Below, one piece after another: positions 25,331 to 38,430 of a stretch of 64,000 bases of DNA (position 1 is the stretch's first letter; each line of letters begins with the position of its first letter). The position numbers and the translations under genes were made by a program. The notes beneath the pieces are model-generated. The model was not told the origin of the DNA and did not search any database. It saw nothing but the letters and a program-made list of their open reading frames with translations. The stretch is from assembly GCA_030295235.1 (NCBI GenBank), contig AP026151.1, positions 124,001 through 188,000 of the forward strand. Direction: 5' to 3'. The DNA comes from Fistulifera solaris. Its lineage: Eukaryota.

Positions 25331-26253
25331 GTTTGTCAGATCTCAAATTCACCCCGATTTAAAGCGCAATGGGAAAAAGTAAAAGAAGTATAAATTATGT
25401 GAGATTTACTTTTGTGTGCAGTCGAATGAAAGAAGAATACGATTCGCTGGATTCGGTTCGAATGAGAGAAGATCCATCATCACTCGGTATGAATGGGAAC
25501 AACGCCGATCCATCACACTCGTAAACACCAGTGCCGAAACGAGAGAGAGCGTTCGGTCATTCCTTATCGCGGTATCTTGAAAGATCGAAAATTGTACTGT
25601 GTTTTGAGTGGAATGAACGTGTCCCGTGTTCAACTTGGTAGTTTGAGCCAATCAAATGCAGCAGTGGAAAACGTAGGTTGGAATAAAATGACGTATATTG
25701 AATTTGGATGATGCACGTACTAGTTAGCTATATACTCCTGTACATGGTTTCGAATGGCTTTCCCAAATGGTGTGTTCAGAATTCAGAAGGATACGAACAG
25801 TACATAAGTTGAGTAGTGTTTCACGTAGAAATTATGACGAGCTGACGACCCGTTGAGCTGGCAGTTGGCACGTGGCAAATATCATCTGGCTTGTAGCTTG
25901 TAGCTTGTACTCCGTGATGTAGAAGTGGAAGCCTACAGTAACGGTTTAACGTTGACGTTGAAACCTCTAAATGCAAGTTGATGTTTCTCGTTTCGATGGA
26001 GTTATTTTAGCATAGTCATTGCCAGTGGACATCACGTCAAAAGTAGACGAACCCGGAAGTTGAAGTTTCAGTCCTGGGTTCTCCTGACCGAAATTTTGGA
26101 TCGCTTTGCGAACAAGCCCAGTCGAGGCAAAATACAAACCGAAACACATCACAGTCTTTCTCCAAAAAATTATCGGATACTAATGAAAGAGGAAGTCGTC
26201 CTCTTTGACACCTTTAATTCACTTTAGTGTTCTCTGGTATCACTTTTCACACC

Positions 26254-27397
26254 ATGACGGGCGCGTCGCATAGAACATCGCTCTTTCACATTTTTCTTTT
26301 AATTTCCTCGACACTGGCGTTTGTTCAATCGGCTAAACAGGCGGCTTTTCCGACACGGCCACTTTTACAAAAGCCAAGCTTTGTCACTTCTTCCAACCTT
26401 CAAAATGCTATAGAACACATTCGATCTTTGGAAACAACAATCGCCTTTAACGGTGCTGCAAGACACACACAACTCGGATGCGGTGCCTTCCGATGACACT
26501 ATTTCAGCTCATAAAACTTCTTCTCGATCCGTTCTTGGCGTCTTCGCATTGTCTTCGTTTTCCCTGGTCACCATTGCTGCCAAATTAGGTATTTTTCCCG
26601 GAACACCATTGAGCAATGGAGATTTTCTTCCCTATAGTGATCTGCAAATTATGAGAGACTTGGGTGCGAGTTTGTTATGTGGTGTTCTCGCGTACGCGTT
26701 GGTGAAATCCATTACTTGGGCGGCCACTCCCACACTCGACCGTCCCGCGTACTTGCAACCCCGCGATGCACGAAAAATCACCCATACGCTTTCGGCAACG
26801 GCGTACATGTTGTTTTGGCCACTCTTTTCGTCGGCGACCGGGGCTCGTTATTTTGCCGCCGTAGTGCCGCTCATCAATGGAGCTCGGTTGATTTTGGCGG
26901 CGAATGTCGACGATGACGATGAAAACAGCAGTCTCGCTTCGGCTTTGTCGCGTTCGGGAAGTAAAGCAGAAGCTACGGGAGGGCCTTTGATATACGTTGG
27001 AATCTTGGCGGCAGCCATTTTACTGTTTTGGCGAGATCAACCTGCGGGTGTCGTAGCTTTGAGCACAATGGCGGCCGGTGATGGTTTAGCGGATTTGGTC
27101 GGACGACGATTCGGGAAGAACAACAAGTGGCCTACAGCTTTGACGGGTGTCAATAATCGAAAGAGTATAGCTGGAAGTCTCGCGTTGGTGGCGGCCTCGG
27201 TCGTGACTTCGGTAGGAATCCTTTTATGGTTGCAAGCGACAGGATCGTTACTCACTACATTGCCACCATTTGGCGAACTTGTTGCGAAGTTGTTGGTTAT
27301 TACTGTGGGTGCAGCATTTGTTGAATTGGTTCCGATTGCCGACGACAACTACACAGTTCCCATGACAGCGGCTGCCCTTTCACTCCTTTTCTTTTGA
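26254..27397 (+). CDS. Phytol/farnesol kinase-like membrane protein (VTE5/FOLK family), probably plastid-targeted; frameshift ~26445
   Basis: ARKITHT, LSRSG...GPLIY, GDGLADLVGRRFG, KSIAGS, DDNYTVP; signal peptide ending TLA-F. Confidence 0.85.
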
Positions 27398-27546
27398 ACG
27401 AGCACTTCACTCGAACAAACAGCACGTCTCAGTCATTTTAAATTTGTAGGACTATATCACATCACTTCTAAGCATTGCGACAGAATTGCAATTAAAAATG
27501 TAGCTTTGGTTTATCAGTTGAAAGTGCCCTATTGCGTCCAAAATAA

Positions 27547-29120
27547 TTATTTCTCAAAAGTGGCAATAATATCTTGTCCATCCGGCTTCGTCTCGGAAGC
27601 AAGAACTGGCACATAAATTTCTCCCTCGCCATCGGCGTAATCTCTTCTTTGTAAAGCAATATATGGGTGAGACGGTCGAAGCTTTGTAATGGCACCAAGA
27701 ATAGGAAAGTACGACGTCCCCGACACGTAAATATTCTGAAATTGAAAAATGGTTTCAAACGAGTTGGCGAAATCAATGCGCTCTTGCCGTCCTCGTACAC
27801 TTTGCTGACCGGCCGCACTCGGTTTGTCGGTTAAATCAGGATTGATTAAAACAATTGGTCGATCACCGACAGCTTGGACCATGGCTTGTAACAGCGGATG
27901 AATACTGGTTTCTGTGCCGACCATGGACTGCGTCACCAAAACATTCTTAGCACGGTAGGGCATGAAATTCAGATGCAAGAAGCGAGCCAGATATCCACTC
28001 TACTTACTTGAGGAGCAATCACCAAAAAAACGTCGTCCTGATGTTGCACAATGGTACCATCCTCCTTCTGAATGGTATTGGTAACGTGTTGTGCGGCGAC
28101 ACCACCAAATCTCACATAATCTCCAATCATCCCTTCATTTTGTTCTCCCTCTTTACTTTGCCAATCCATCATTTGCAGCAGTTTCGCCACACCACTCAGT
28201 TGCTTGGGAACTCCGGTAAAGATGCCGACCCCCATGCTTTCTTGGACGCACACTTTGACGCGCAAATTCTCTTCCGCCAAACGAATGGCCACAGCCCGAA
28301 CCATTTCCAATATAGTACCAATTCGATAGGAATCCATACTCGGATTGGTTTCAGGGAACATGGAAATGACTTGCATGCGATTTGATAGTTTGCCTTGACT
28401 GCAGAGCACGACAGCTTCTTGCACGGCTGCCGCGGCTTCGTCATAAAAGTATTGTCGCACATAGCGATTGTGCGGAACCTGATTGAGATAGAGATTTTCT
28501 GGAAGTTTTCCGATGCCCGCTCCTTCCAATTGAAACGCCATTTGTATCAATTTTCCAGTGACTTGCGGCATTTGGACAATCCAACACAATCGGCATAATT
28601 TTCGAACGACGCGGTCGATGAGGGGATAGGTTACAACATCCAAATAGTTGGTCGGAACGGTTGAAAGATCCTGGTAGAGTCGACTTCGCAGTGGATTAGC
28701 ATCGAGCGAGAAGTTGATAGTATCGCTTCTCAAATTGGCGTTGTTTCGGATTCGACATTGCGTTTGTAACGTCAGTTTCGTGGCAGTCACATCGATCAGA
28801 AGGGCGCTTTCGAGTTCCATACTTCCGCCACTCCAAGCATTCGCTTTCGATATCTCTTGACCTAAATCCGAAAACGCCTGTGCGAATTGTTTGATTAAAT
28901 TGGGATGATTTTGATTCAAATATCCGCAAATAAATTCTTTTTGTTGCAACGTCAATGATGACGACTCATCCTTGACGACAATATCTCCTGTTGCTGCATC
29001 GAAGAGTGACAGAGTTCTAGTACGAATAGAGAACCCTTGACGAGGAAGCCAGGCATAGCTTTGAATTACTAAGCAAACAATCAACACGAAACCTGTTTTC
29101 AATGATAGTTGCATGATCAT
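27547..29120 (-). CDS. DUF1995-like protein with possible N-terminal DUF2470-like domain; intron 27928-28007
   Basis: FPETNPSMDSYRIGTILEMVR, VKVCVQESMGVGIFTGVP, DRPIVLINPDL; splice APQ|SMVG is in frame; signal peptide. Confidence 0.75.
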
Positions 29121-29792
29121 TTCTTTCTCGAAATTCTAGTGAGCACAATTTTGTTAAGATGGTGCTTAAATACTCCAGACTTTCTGACAACAGATATGGG
29201 CAACAAGAAGAGGAAAGGAATGAGTAATAGTCTGTTGAATAGCGTGATTACAGAATAAGAACAGGATGTTGTGAAGATCTTTTGTCATTCAACTGTTGCG
29301 ACGTTGAAAAAAAATGCATCGCGATGATCTTTCATCAACCGCTCGATGTATAGCCCAAAGTGTAGATTACTTTTTACATGACTGCATTTTAGTCATGAAT
29401 CAACATTCTTTCGAGCCGGAGTGCTTCCTATTCTCCGTGCAATCTTCAGCTTTCTATGCAAAATTTGCCTAAAGCACTTAACAGCGCTTACAAGTCCTTC
29501 TTATGCTTTTACACATCAAGTGAGAAGCGTAGCGTTATCATCGATTCAACGCGTAGTAGGCGATTTCTCCGAGACTTCATTGCAGTCATGTTGACGACCT
29601 AAGAAGGACTCCTCATGCTGCCCTTCGCTTTTAACATTAACAAAACGTCTGGCCCCACAAATAGATTGAAGAGAAAGATAAGATAGACTACTTTAGCGTC
29701 CTTCAGAAACAAAAAAGAATTATATGGAGGATTTGTCAGCGCTTCCTTCGAACCATCGCTACCGACCCGTTTTTGATGTGACAGATTTCAGC

Positions 29793-30506
29793 TCATCGCG
29801 TAAAATCGCAGCTTCCACATGCGCCACCACGGGCCAAGTACTTGGCGGCATTTTGCTGCGTGACACAATATTGGTGGCACGATCCGTTGGCGTTGGTGAA
29901 GTGAATCATGTACGGCATGTAGTACATACTGCAGGCTTTGACGAGATTTGTTCCATCCTGATTCTCCTGATACGTAACGTAACCGCCGTTTTCGGTATCA
30001 ATGTATTCAATGTCACACACGACTGGTTCTGTGTACGCGCACACTGTTCCACAACTCGCTTTGCCCTGGAGAATCAACTCGGCCGCTTGTGTTTTTGGGA
30101 GACATTTGATGCGACAATCTTCGCTATTGACAGCATTGCTGCCGTAGCGATAATAATTGTCTGTTCCGTAGTATTGATTGCGGTTGCGGTTGTTGTTATT
30201 GCTGTTCTTGTTGTTACCGTTACTGCTCGCGCTGTACTGACTCGTCATTGTACTTCTCGGCACGGCGACATACCAGCTATTTCCCGATTGACCACATGTA
30301 TAGTCGCAAAGTTCGTCTATATCGAAATCGCTATATGTGATAGCCGATGCAGTGTGCAAGGCAAATAGAGCCTGAAAAAGAAGGATTGCTTTGTAATGAA
30401 GAATGTGATTAAGTAACAAACAGTTATATATTGCATCGTGAGACAACAAAACGCAACTTCAAATAGCAATCTCAACAAAGCTCAACATACATTTTTTGAT
30501 CAGCAT
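29793..30506 (-). CDS. Secreted cysteine-rich protein of unknown function; short first exon, intron ~30372-30490
   Basis: Cys-rich ORF with Asn-rich linker; ATG at 30506 with GTATGT donor and TTTCAG acceptor gives MLIKNALFALHTASA only if the A-run is one base shorter. Confidence 0.55.
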
Positions 30507-31721
30507 GATGATTATTTCGTGTTATTGAATCGTTTGATGGCACACAAGAGAAGAAGGAGCATGAACATTATTTTTGATATCATGAGACGATGTGGAGGAT
30601 TTTCATGTCGGCAGGTGCCCTTATTCTATTTAGAGTCCATCTTCTCATTCCAACGACCATCAAGCGTGATTGTAACTTTGCCAACGGATACAACCCTGTC
30701 GAAGCGGTATTACTTTGAGACGAAGCAGCGATCTGTTGCAAATCGCCAACAAGAAAAGAAATCGTGCAAATTCTAACCGTCCCAGCGGGTGTGAAAACTG
30801 TATACTGACGTCACGGCTTGCTCGAGGAGTCTAACGTTTAAAAGCTGAGAGCTGAAAGCTGAAAGCTGAAACGCTGAAACCTACGATGCTTACATGTGAA
30901 CTACAGTGGACAGAAGACAGAAAACAGAACAGAAGGAGCGAAGAAAGGAAACGAGTGACGAATGACCAATGACGATTAACGAATGACGACAATAGCGTTA
31001 ATGATTAACGGATAGCGGACTTTAGTCTTTAGTCTTTAGTGTTTTCAAAGAGCTGAAAGCTCGATTCAACTGTGAACGATCTTAGATCCACGGTATTAAT
31101 AATTTGTACTGGTAGGACGAAACTTGACAAATGATATTACAGGTTGCAAAGTATCTGAGAAGATCTTAAGGCAAATATGGAAGAAAGAATTATACAGAGC
31201 ATCTTCTCCTGTTTCCGTTAGGTGTGCATACAGTACTTTGAGGTTTGAGGGCCTAGTTTTTCACGAAGTATCACTACATCACTTTAGACGGAAAAACCAT
31301 AAATCTAATGATCGTAAATTGTGAGGACTTAATAAGCGCAAAAAGGCAGCGCGCGGCGTGCTTCATACGGAAAACTACAGTATGAAATGCAACCGCCATT
31401 CACAGTTTAGAAAAAGCACACGTATAATGTTTAATGTTGCATGTGGTAGATTGGAGGTTACAAATTTCTTTACTGTTCCGCAATTATTTCGTTGTTCATT
31501 TCAATCTTCAAAATGTCTCGGACGTATTCGGCATTCTGATTACGAGCTCTGAGCAGTGTGCCAGTTGCCACATGGCTTCTGCCCAAACGCATCGATCTAT
31601 CTTTTCAAATTTCAAAGTCTCCATTACAAATCGAAAGTCCTTCATTTCGGATAGAACCTGCAAGCAGATAAAAACAGCAGCATATTTTCTCTTCTTTCAT
31701 AACTAGAATTACCACACAAAC

Positions 31722-32222
31722 ATGCAGGATCGATGGCGCTCCACTCCTTCAGATTCTCAACCCAATCGCAAACCACCGCCGCGGAATTATGAACGACAGG
31801 ACTCTCTGTCGAGGGCACTCATGACGAATTCCGAAGCTATGTTAGATTCAGCTTCATTCTCTCGTCATCATTCATCACACAGAATGAACCGCCCGTTGTC
31901 AGCTCCCAAGAGCCCTCCGACACCACCTTTGAGGTCATCGCCTGTGGCCTCACGAACATCGATTGAATTGTCTCCGGGCGTTTTCCTGCCCGTCCTCGGT
32001 TCGCAAGAATGCTGGGATGCCATTGAAAGAGGCCATTGTGTTAACGCTGAATGTTTTGTTTGTAATGCGCTATTGCAATGCAAAGACGATGCCTCTCATT
32101 TCATTTGCCCTGGCTGTATGACTATTAGTCCATTGCAACAAACGAGTGCCCGCGTGGAAGCCAGCATAGCGCTGGCTTTGAAAACGGAAGTCTTGCTCGA
32201 ATCTCTGCTATCGCAATCGTGA
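31722..32222 (+). CDS. Hypothetical protein with C-terminal CxxC...CxxC zinc-ribbon
   Basis: 166-aa ATG ORF; IELSPGVFLPVLGSQECWDAI...CFVC...CPGC. Confidence 0.65.
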   Translation: MQDRWRSTPSDSQPNRKPPPRNYERQDSLSRALMTNSEAMLDSASFSRHHSSHRMNRPLSAPKSPPTPPLRSSPVASRTSIELSPGVFLPVLGSQECWDAIERGHCVNAECFVCNALLQCKDDASHFICPGCMTISPLQQTSARVEASIALALKTEVLLESLLSQS

Positions 32223-32870
32223 AGAAAGCGAAACATCATCAACAACTTAGAGACATGTATAGAGACATGTATTATCATTTCACCACGGCATCGCATCTTA
32301 AAGAAACTATTATATAACTGTAATCTTTCGACCGAGACTAAAATACTAAGATTTGCATTAGAGAACTATAAGATTTAAGTATTCGGAAATTAGATCACAA
32401 ATTTGGTCTAGAGCGAGAGAAGACGAACGAATTAGCTTCGTCAGGCGCTTCTATACTTTGTAGAAAGAGTGAGTTATAAAGGGTAATGCAACTACTTACG
32501 TTACTTATTTGCTGGATGGGAAAATGCCGTGTAGGCTGCAAATAATATCCTTGAGGGAAGGGGCTGCGTTCGCCTTAAAACTATACAGAAGTTTCGCTCC
32601 TCACTTAATTCTCCGACTGGATTTCCAGTCACGGATTGTGTTTCCACTTTGTCGCAGCAAAACACAAACATGTTCGCCACATGCACGCATGACGCAGAAC
32701 TTTTCGCGGAGGCTTTTTTATTATGCGTTGCGCGAAAGAAGGCGACAAAGCAATAATAACAAACGATTGAATTATTGTTATTGTCGATCAATGAATTAAG
32801 ACTTTAAGACTTCATTCCATCACTTATTTCCTATTGTTCGTCTTTCTTGCCAGCATCGCATCGCTCAATC

Positions 32871-34526
32871 ATGTCTTCAGAAGTCTCGACGAGTAAACTA
32901 AATATACAGGTGCGTGAGAAGCGCTGCCGAGGAATGAAATCGGATCGAAATGGTGATTTGTTTTATGCGAACTGTGTGGGTTTTTCTACTTTTCAGCCAC
33001 CATTTGACTCATTCACACTCTTGCTCGTACCAGATTCCCCAAAGTCTGTACCGCGAGGGCGGATACGATCATCGTGAAGCATTGTTTGGTGTTCCGCCGT
33101 ACGGAGGCTCAATTGCACAGAAAGTATACTATTACGACAATGAGGCAGCCTTGTGCGACCCAAAAGCCCAAGTCGATCCTAAGGACGGCTATCCGACACG
33201 TACTGATGAGAAAGGCAACAAACTACCCTGGGAATCTCCCTTCATTCTCATGATAGATGCCGGGCAACATTGTTCCTTTGTGCAAGCGGTCCGTGCGGCA
33301 CAACACGCTGGAGCTGCCGCCGTGCTTATTGCCGACAATTTGTGTTTGTGTGATGATCTGGACTGTATACATCGTAATTCGAATCAGCAGTGTCGAAGTA
33401 CTGAGCCCATTATGGCAGACGACGGTTCGGGAGGTGATATTTCCATTCCATCCTTTCTCATGTCGAAGCACGATGCGGATCTTATCAAAGAAACTGTCAA
33501 GTCGAAAAGTCAAATGGTACAAGTGGAGATGGCTTGGAAATTACCGAATGTTGGCGATCGTGTCGTGTACGAAATATGGGACCATCCGGCGGAGAAAGTA
33601 TCCATGGGCTTTTTTCGCGACTTCAAAGTCTATGCCGAAGCACTGGCTGGACATGCCTCGTTCACTCCCAATCTCTTCTTGGTGGACGGAAGTCGGTCCG
33701 GCTGTCGCAGTGCCGCAGGAGAGAATATGTGTCTCAATCTTTGTACGAATCAGGGTCGATACTGCTTTCCGGATCCGGACAACAATATTCAAACAGGGAG
33801 CAGTGGGGCAGATGTCGTCGAAGAAACCTTGCGTCGTTTGTGTATTTGGGATCAGTATGGCAGCGATGGAGTCGGCTCACCCTTTTCGAGTATATTGCAC
33901 AATTCGATGAGATGTGTTTGTCACAACGCACCCATTTCTCCAGCAACAAAAGCTGTATCCAGAAGAGTATGAAAGCAGCGAAGATTGATGCGCGCAAAAT
34001 CGATGATTGCATGAAAGCGTCTGGAGGACTTGATGGTGATCGAGTCAATACTGTGCTGTCGAAACAGCTGGATGCGCTGGCAACTCGAGCAGGCTATGTT
34101 ATCATTCCATCTGTGAACATAAATAATGCAGTCATGAGAGGTGGCTTGACCGCTCCGAATGTCTTTGCTGCCATCTGTTCGTCGTTCGCCGAAGGTACCG
34201 TTCCCGACGTTTGCACGGCGTGTGCGCATTGTCCGAACGCCGAAGCCTGTCTGAAAACAAAGTCTTGCAGCCAATTAGGACCGTCCGAAGTTTCAACGCC
34301 AACATTCGTGTCAAGTTTGTTCTTGATGGTCGTGTTTATGGGCAGCTTATTCGTATGGCAGCAACGACGGAGACAAGCAGAAATGCGGAATCATGTTCGG
34401 AGTATTTTGGCGGATTATGTGCCGCTGCAAGATCAAGACGATGGGCCTCCGACGGTAGGGTTTACTCAGAGTTATGAGGAAGGCAGCTTTGTGCAAAATA
34501 ACGATACTTCAAACTACATGTCATAA
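32871..34526 (+). CDS. Vacuolar sorting receptor (PA domain, BP-80/VSR family); intron 32910-33033; frameshift ~33883; true start probably slightly upstream
   Basis: ALFGVPPYGGSI, CSFVQAVRAAQHAGAAAVLIADN, CTNQGRYCFPDP, VVEETLRRLCIW, TM segment then EMRNHVRSILADYVPL. Confidence 0.9.
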
Positions 34527-34761
34527 GGATGCGCCTCGGACCAGTTAAGTTTAGTTACACATAAATTACAAGTGTAAATTGGGATGTTCTTGAATTCTAG
34601 AGACATATCTCTGTGGGTAACTCTTGTGTTCGGCTTCAAAGCTTTACGGTGGTCTCAAAAGCAAATCGATCAAGACAGGTTCGAAGCGGGTTGAATAGCC
34701 AACCCCGGTCTTGTTAACTACCTAGCTGCGAAAGACGATGCGAGCAGCTCTGTTTTGCCTA

Positions 34762-35220
34762 GGACTAATGTCTTAGGCCAGCACTAAAATTTCCACAGGG
34801 CCCCATACCAGCACTTTTCGACCCTCCGCGCTACTTTGGTTAATAAATACACCAAGATCATTAAGAACATCGCAATTTTACTATCTACACCTCAAGCAAG
34901 ATCTAATAGACAACATGAGCTAGCTTTTTTTTTACATTTTTGCTTTGAGTTCGTAGATACACTTAGCTAAAGCGCCGACGGTCAATTTTCGACCTTTAAC
35001 GTTTGTAGAGCAACCAAATCACCAATACGTAGAATTTTTGCCGGATTATAAGTATTTATTGTCCATTATCCGTCTCTGTGCTAATAATTAATGGTAATTC
35101 TGATTTTGATTTTATATTGATGGAGTAATGATCATTCGCAAGTCGATGCCCTTAATTTTTGCTAAAAGTGCTGGTATGGGGCCCTGTGGAAATTTTAGTG
35201 CTGGCCTAAGACATTAGTCC
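34762..35220. mobile_element. 459-bp non-autonomous DNA transposon (MITE), Mutator/MULE-like
   Basis: Perfect 57-bp TIRs (34762-34818, 35164-35220) beginning GGACTAATG; 10-bp TSD GTTTTGCCTA at 34752-34761 and 35221-35230; AT-rich non-coding interior. Confidence 0.95.
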
Positions 35221-35579
35221 GTTTTGCCTATGGAGAGAAAGAGAATCAATGAACCGATCTGCGTCGCAGTGGCTTCAAAATTTTCGCGACTTTTCGCTCG
35301 AAGCTCCTAAGTAGAAACCGCTACGATTACGATACTACACTTGGCATCACAGAGATGTTGTTTCACCACCACTTTTTGGCGTAGAAAACACGTGTCGCGG
35401 AATTTTTTGTGCGAACATCAAAAGCGCAAGGAGATTTCTTGCAAACCATGCGGTGTCACTTGGCAGGAAGCGAATCACTTCGCACGAAACACTTTGCAGG
35501 AAAGACTTTGTGTCGCCTTGTTTCTCTAACTGTTTTGAGAAGTTCAGTGAAACGATTAAACGCAACAGTTGTTCTGATC

Positions 35580-36737
35580 ATGTCCGAAGGAGGCTTCTTT
35601 CCGTGGAAAGTCCAGCGTCACGTGACAAAGCCTTCCGCTGACTATTCGAGGCTCTCATCACCCTTGCCGTCGCCGCCTAACGGCATGAAATGGCACCAAA
35701 ACACTGAGACACGAGAGTGGAAGCTTGTAGCGCAAAATGACGACGTACCTGAATTGATTACGGAAGAGAGAGCGGTTGATAACTTACCTTCTACGCTGCC
35801 CCAAAAAGTAGACGATGAAAGCGAATGGGAAGTACTGAGCGGTGAGAATCCTTCATCAAGTGAGAGTTATGTTGTTCCTAAAGCAGGAAGTGTAAGATCG
35901 CTGGCGTCTTTTGAAGGTGGTGACATTGCGAGTCATCTGTCGTCGCACTTGAGTCACACGTCTTTTAAGATTCAGCGCACCCTGTCGTCTTCTACGATTG
36001 ATTCGACAGATCCGGGCAGTCTCGGTCCCTCAGGAAAGGGCATATTAGGTGTCGACTATGTAGAACATGTGATTCTTCCGACGGATACATTGCAGGGAAT
36101 CTGCTTGGCTTACAAGATCAATTCGACCCGCCTTCGACAAGCAAACCATTTCTCGGGTCATTCGCTCCTTCTCGCTCCCAAGAAACTTGTTATCCCCATT
36201 TCTCAGAAAGCCCTCCGCTCTGGCTTCATTCGTGTACAAGATACAGATGCTAAGCAGTACAAGCTACATGCCTTACTGGCGGCTTATCCGGATCTGTCAG
36301 CCTCGGAAGCATCAGCGTGAGTATTTTTTGTCGATTCCTTGCGTCAGCGACGACTTGTGTTCTGATTCATTTGATCCTTATGCACTTGCAGTTATCTTGA
36401 ATTGGCAGACTGGGCGCTAGCGGATGCTTTGCAAGCTGCCAAAGAAGACCGAGAGTGGGAGAAGACGGAACAAGATGACCTGAAAGCCGGGGAAATACGA
36501 ATTCGAATCAAACATGGCGAGGTCCCGATCGGATACTTCAAAGGAGCCGGTATTCAGCAGAAGGAGATCAAAGATGAGGCCGCATCGAGTAAAACAAAGG
36601 TTGTGCCGACAACGAGCATTCCAGCCATTGCAACAAAGTCTGTCAATCCCCAGGATGTTTATAAAGCATCTTTTCAACACAATCAGTTCGGTGTCGAGTT
36701 GCAAACTCTTACTCGTGGACAAGGAACTGATAGTTAG
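35580..36737 (+). CDS. LysM-domain protein; intron 36317-36391
   Basis: HVILPTDTLQGICLAYKINSTRLRQANHF...KKLVIP; splice gives ASA|YLELADW. Confidence 0.8.
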
Positions 36738-36837
36738 GGATGAAACCTTGTGATGTGTATATAATCGTTTTTGATATCTACTTTCGATATTTTTTATTGT
36801 TGTAGATAACTATTCAACGTCGTGCCGAGTTGACACA

Positions 36838-38430
36838 TCACCGTATTCGTCGTTTTTTCCTTCCAAACATTTGTTGTGCCTTGCTATTAATTTGGTTAGC
36901 TGTTCGTCCACTTAACCAGTTTCTATTAGCTGCATCATCTTCTTTAATCTGCTTCCACTTTCCATATCCAAATCGCTTGACACCTTCTCGGATTGCCTTC
37001 TTTTCAAGGGAGTGAAACTTATGTCTGAGCTTTTTAGGGATACTCATTGCTCTCATCTCATCATCAGAAAAATCGCTTTCATAAAGAGTATGATGTATCC
37101 TCGCACGGTCCGGTTGATTAGCATGATTCTCACTTGTGTCCTCATAAATCTCGTTGCCGTCATCTTCTTCATCAAAATCCGGTTCCTTACTTTGCGTGCA
37201 ACGGCGATGCCGTTCGGAGCGGTCCGATTCGATTGACACGCGTTTGGACGCAGCAGATTGCTGACGCGGTATGCGCAAATTTAGGCATGATATTGGAGCT
37301 TGCTGATTTCTCATACAGTCCTCGTCGCCATCTTCCTCATCATAGTCCAAGCACTGCACAGACTCATCTGACTCCCCAACATTTCTGAAGGATTGGCGGG
37401 CATGATCTTTATCCGTGACCAAGATTATATTGTCGCTTCTCGCGTCCTGTGCAGCGTTAGTAGTAATATCCGCATTCAAAGAGGAGTTTAAGATCGTTTC
37501 TGACCAGCGAACTATCAGTGCACGCATCTAGATTGTGAGAAAGAGTGAGTGGTGCGGTACGAAAAAGAAACTATAGCCGTTTCATTTGTCTTACCGCATC
37601 TTGCGTATGCGCAAAAGAGAGCTCCTCCTTTTGTCACTTAGCAACAAGTCCCGACATCGCTGTATACATTCATTGATATCGCTTCGACGCCTCTTGACTG
37701 GCTCTAGTACGTGCTGGATTGAAAAGGGCACCACCATTTGCTCGGGTTCTAGTACTTGCACCTCTTCGTCTTCTTCGAGCATAAAGTAGCCACCAATCCA
37801 ACTACTTTCGAATTTCTCAATGGCATCCTGCACACTGAGTGCATTGTCTTTGTGAAGATCGCAACGAAAGATTGCGAGAGCGCGCTGATAATGCAACAGT
37901 TGCGTTACCGCACGAAACTCGTGTTGTAGCAGATCATGGTGTGCATATTCCGGTCTTGCCTGCACGACGACATCGCGCAATCGATTCCACTCGTCTTGCA
38001 GCCGCTTCCAGTGTTCTGGACTGGAATGGTACGGCGACAATTCATCATCCTTCGGACTCCCCACTTGCCCGAGGTGCCAACGAACTAGCTTGTTCGTGTA
38101 CTCTGCCAGCATATAACGCGCACTGATACGTGGATTCAGAGCCGTTGCCTGTAGATATTCGTGCACTATCTTTTGGGCAGCTTTCATATCGCTTTCTCGC
38201 ACTGCAATTCTCTGAGGGTCGGTCTCTAAAATGACTTCACGACAACAAGAATCGAAGAGATCTAGTAATTTTGACTCCAAGTAGGGCGAAGGGGTCGCAA
38301 AAATGGCCGGTTGGGATGGAAGAATTACCGGTGGCGAAGTATGCGACATTTCCGGAGAATCATCATCGTTGTTGTTGTCCGTGCGGTCATGCGAAGGTAA
38401 AAACCACTGAATGAATTTCGAGTACATCAT
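36838..38430 (-). CDS. Myb/SANT-domain protein, divergent TRF-like paralog; intron 37528-37594; frameshift ~37630
   Basis: KFHSLEKKAIREGVKRFGYGKWKQIKE; N-terminal domain homologous to 38757-40706 with the same intron position. Confidence 0.75.

Noticed and set aside
29724..30368. 214-aa + strand ORF with hydrophobic stretch
   Set aside because: Antisense shadow of the Cys/Asn-rich minus-strand gene; the hydrophobic run mirrors AAC/AAT codons
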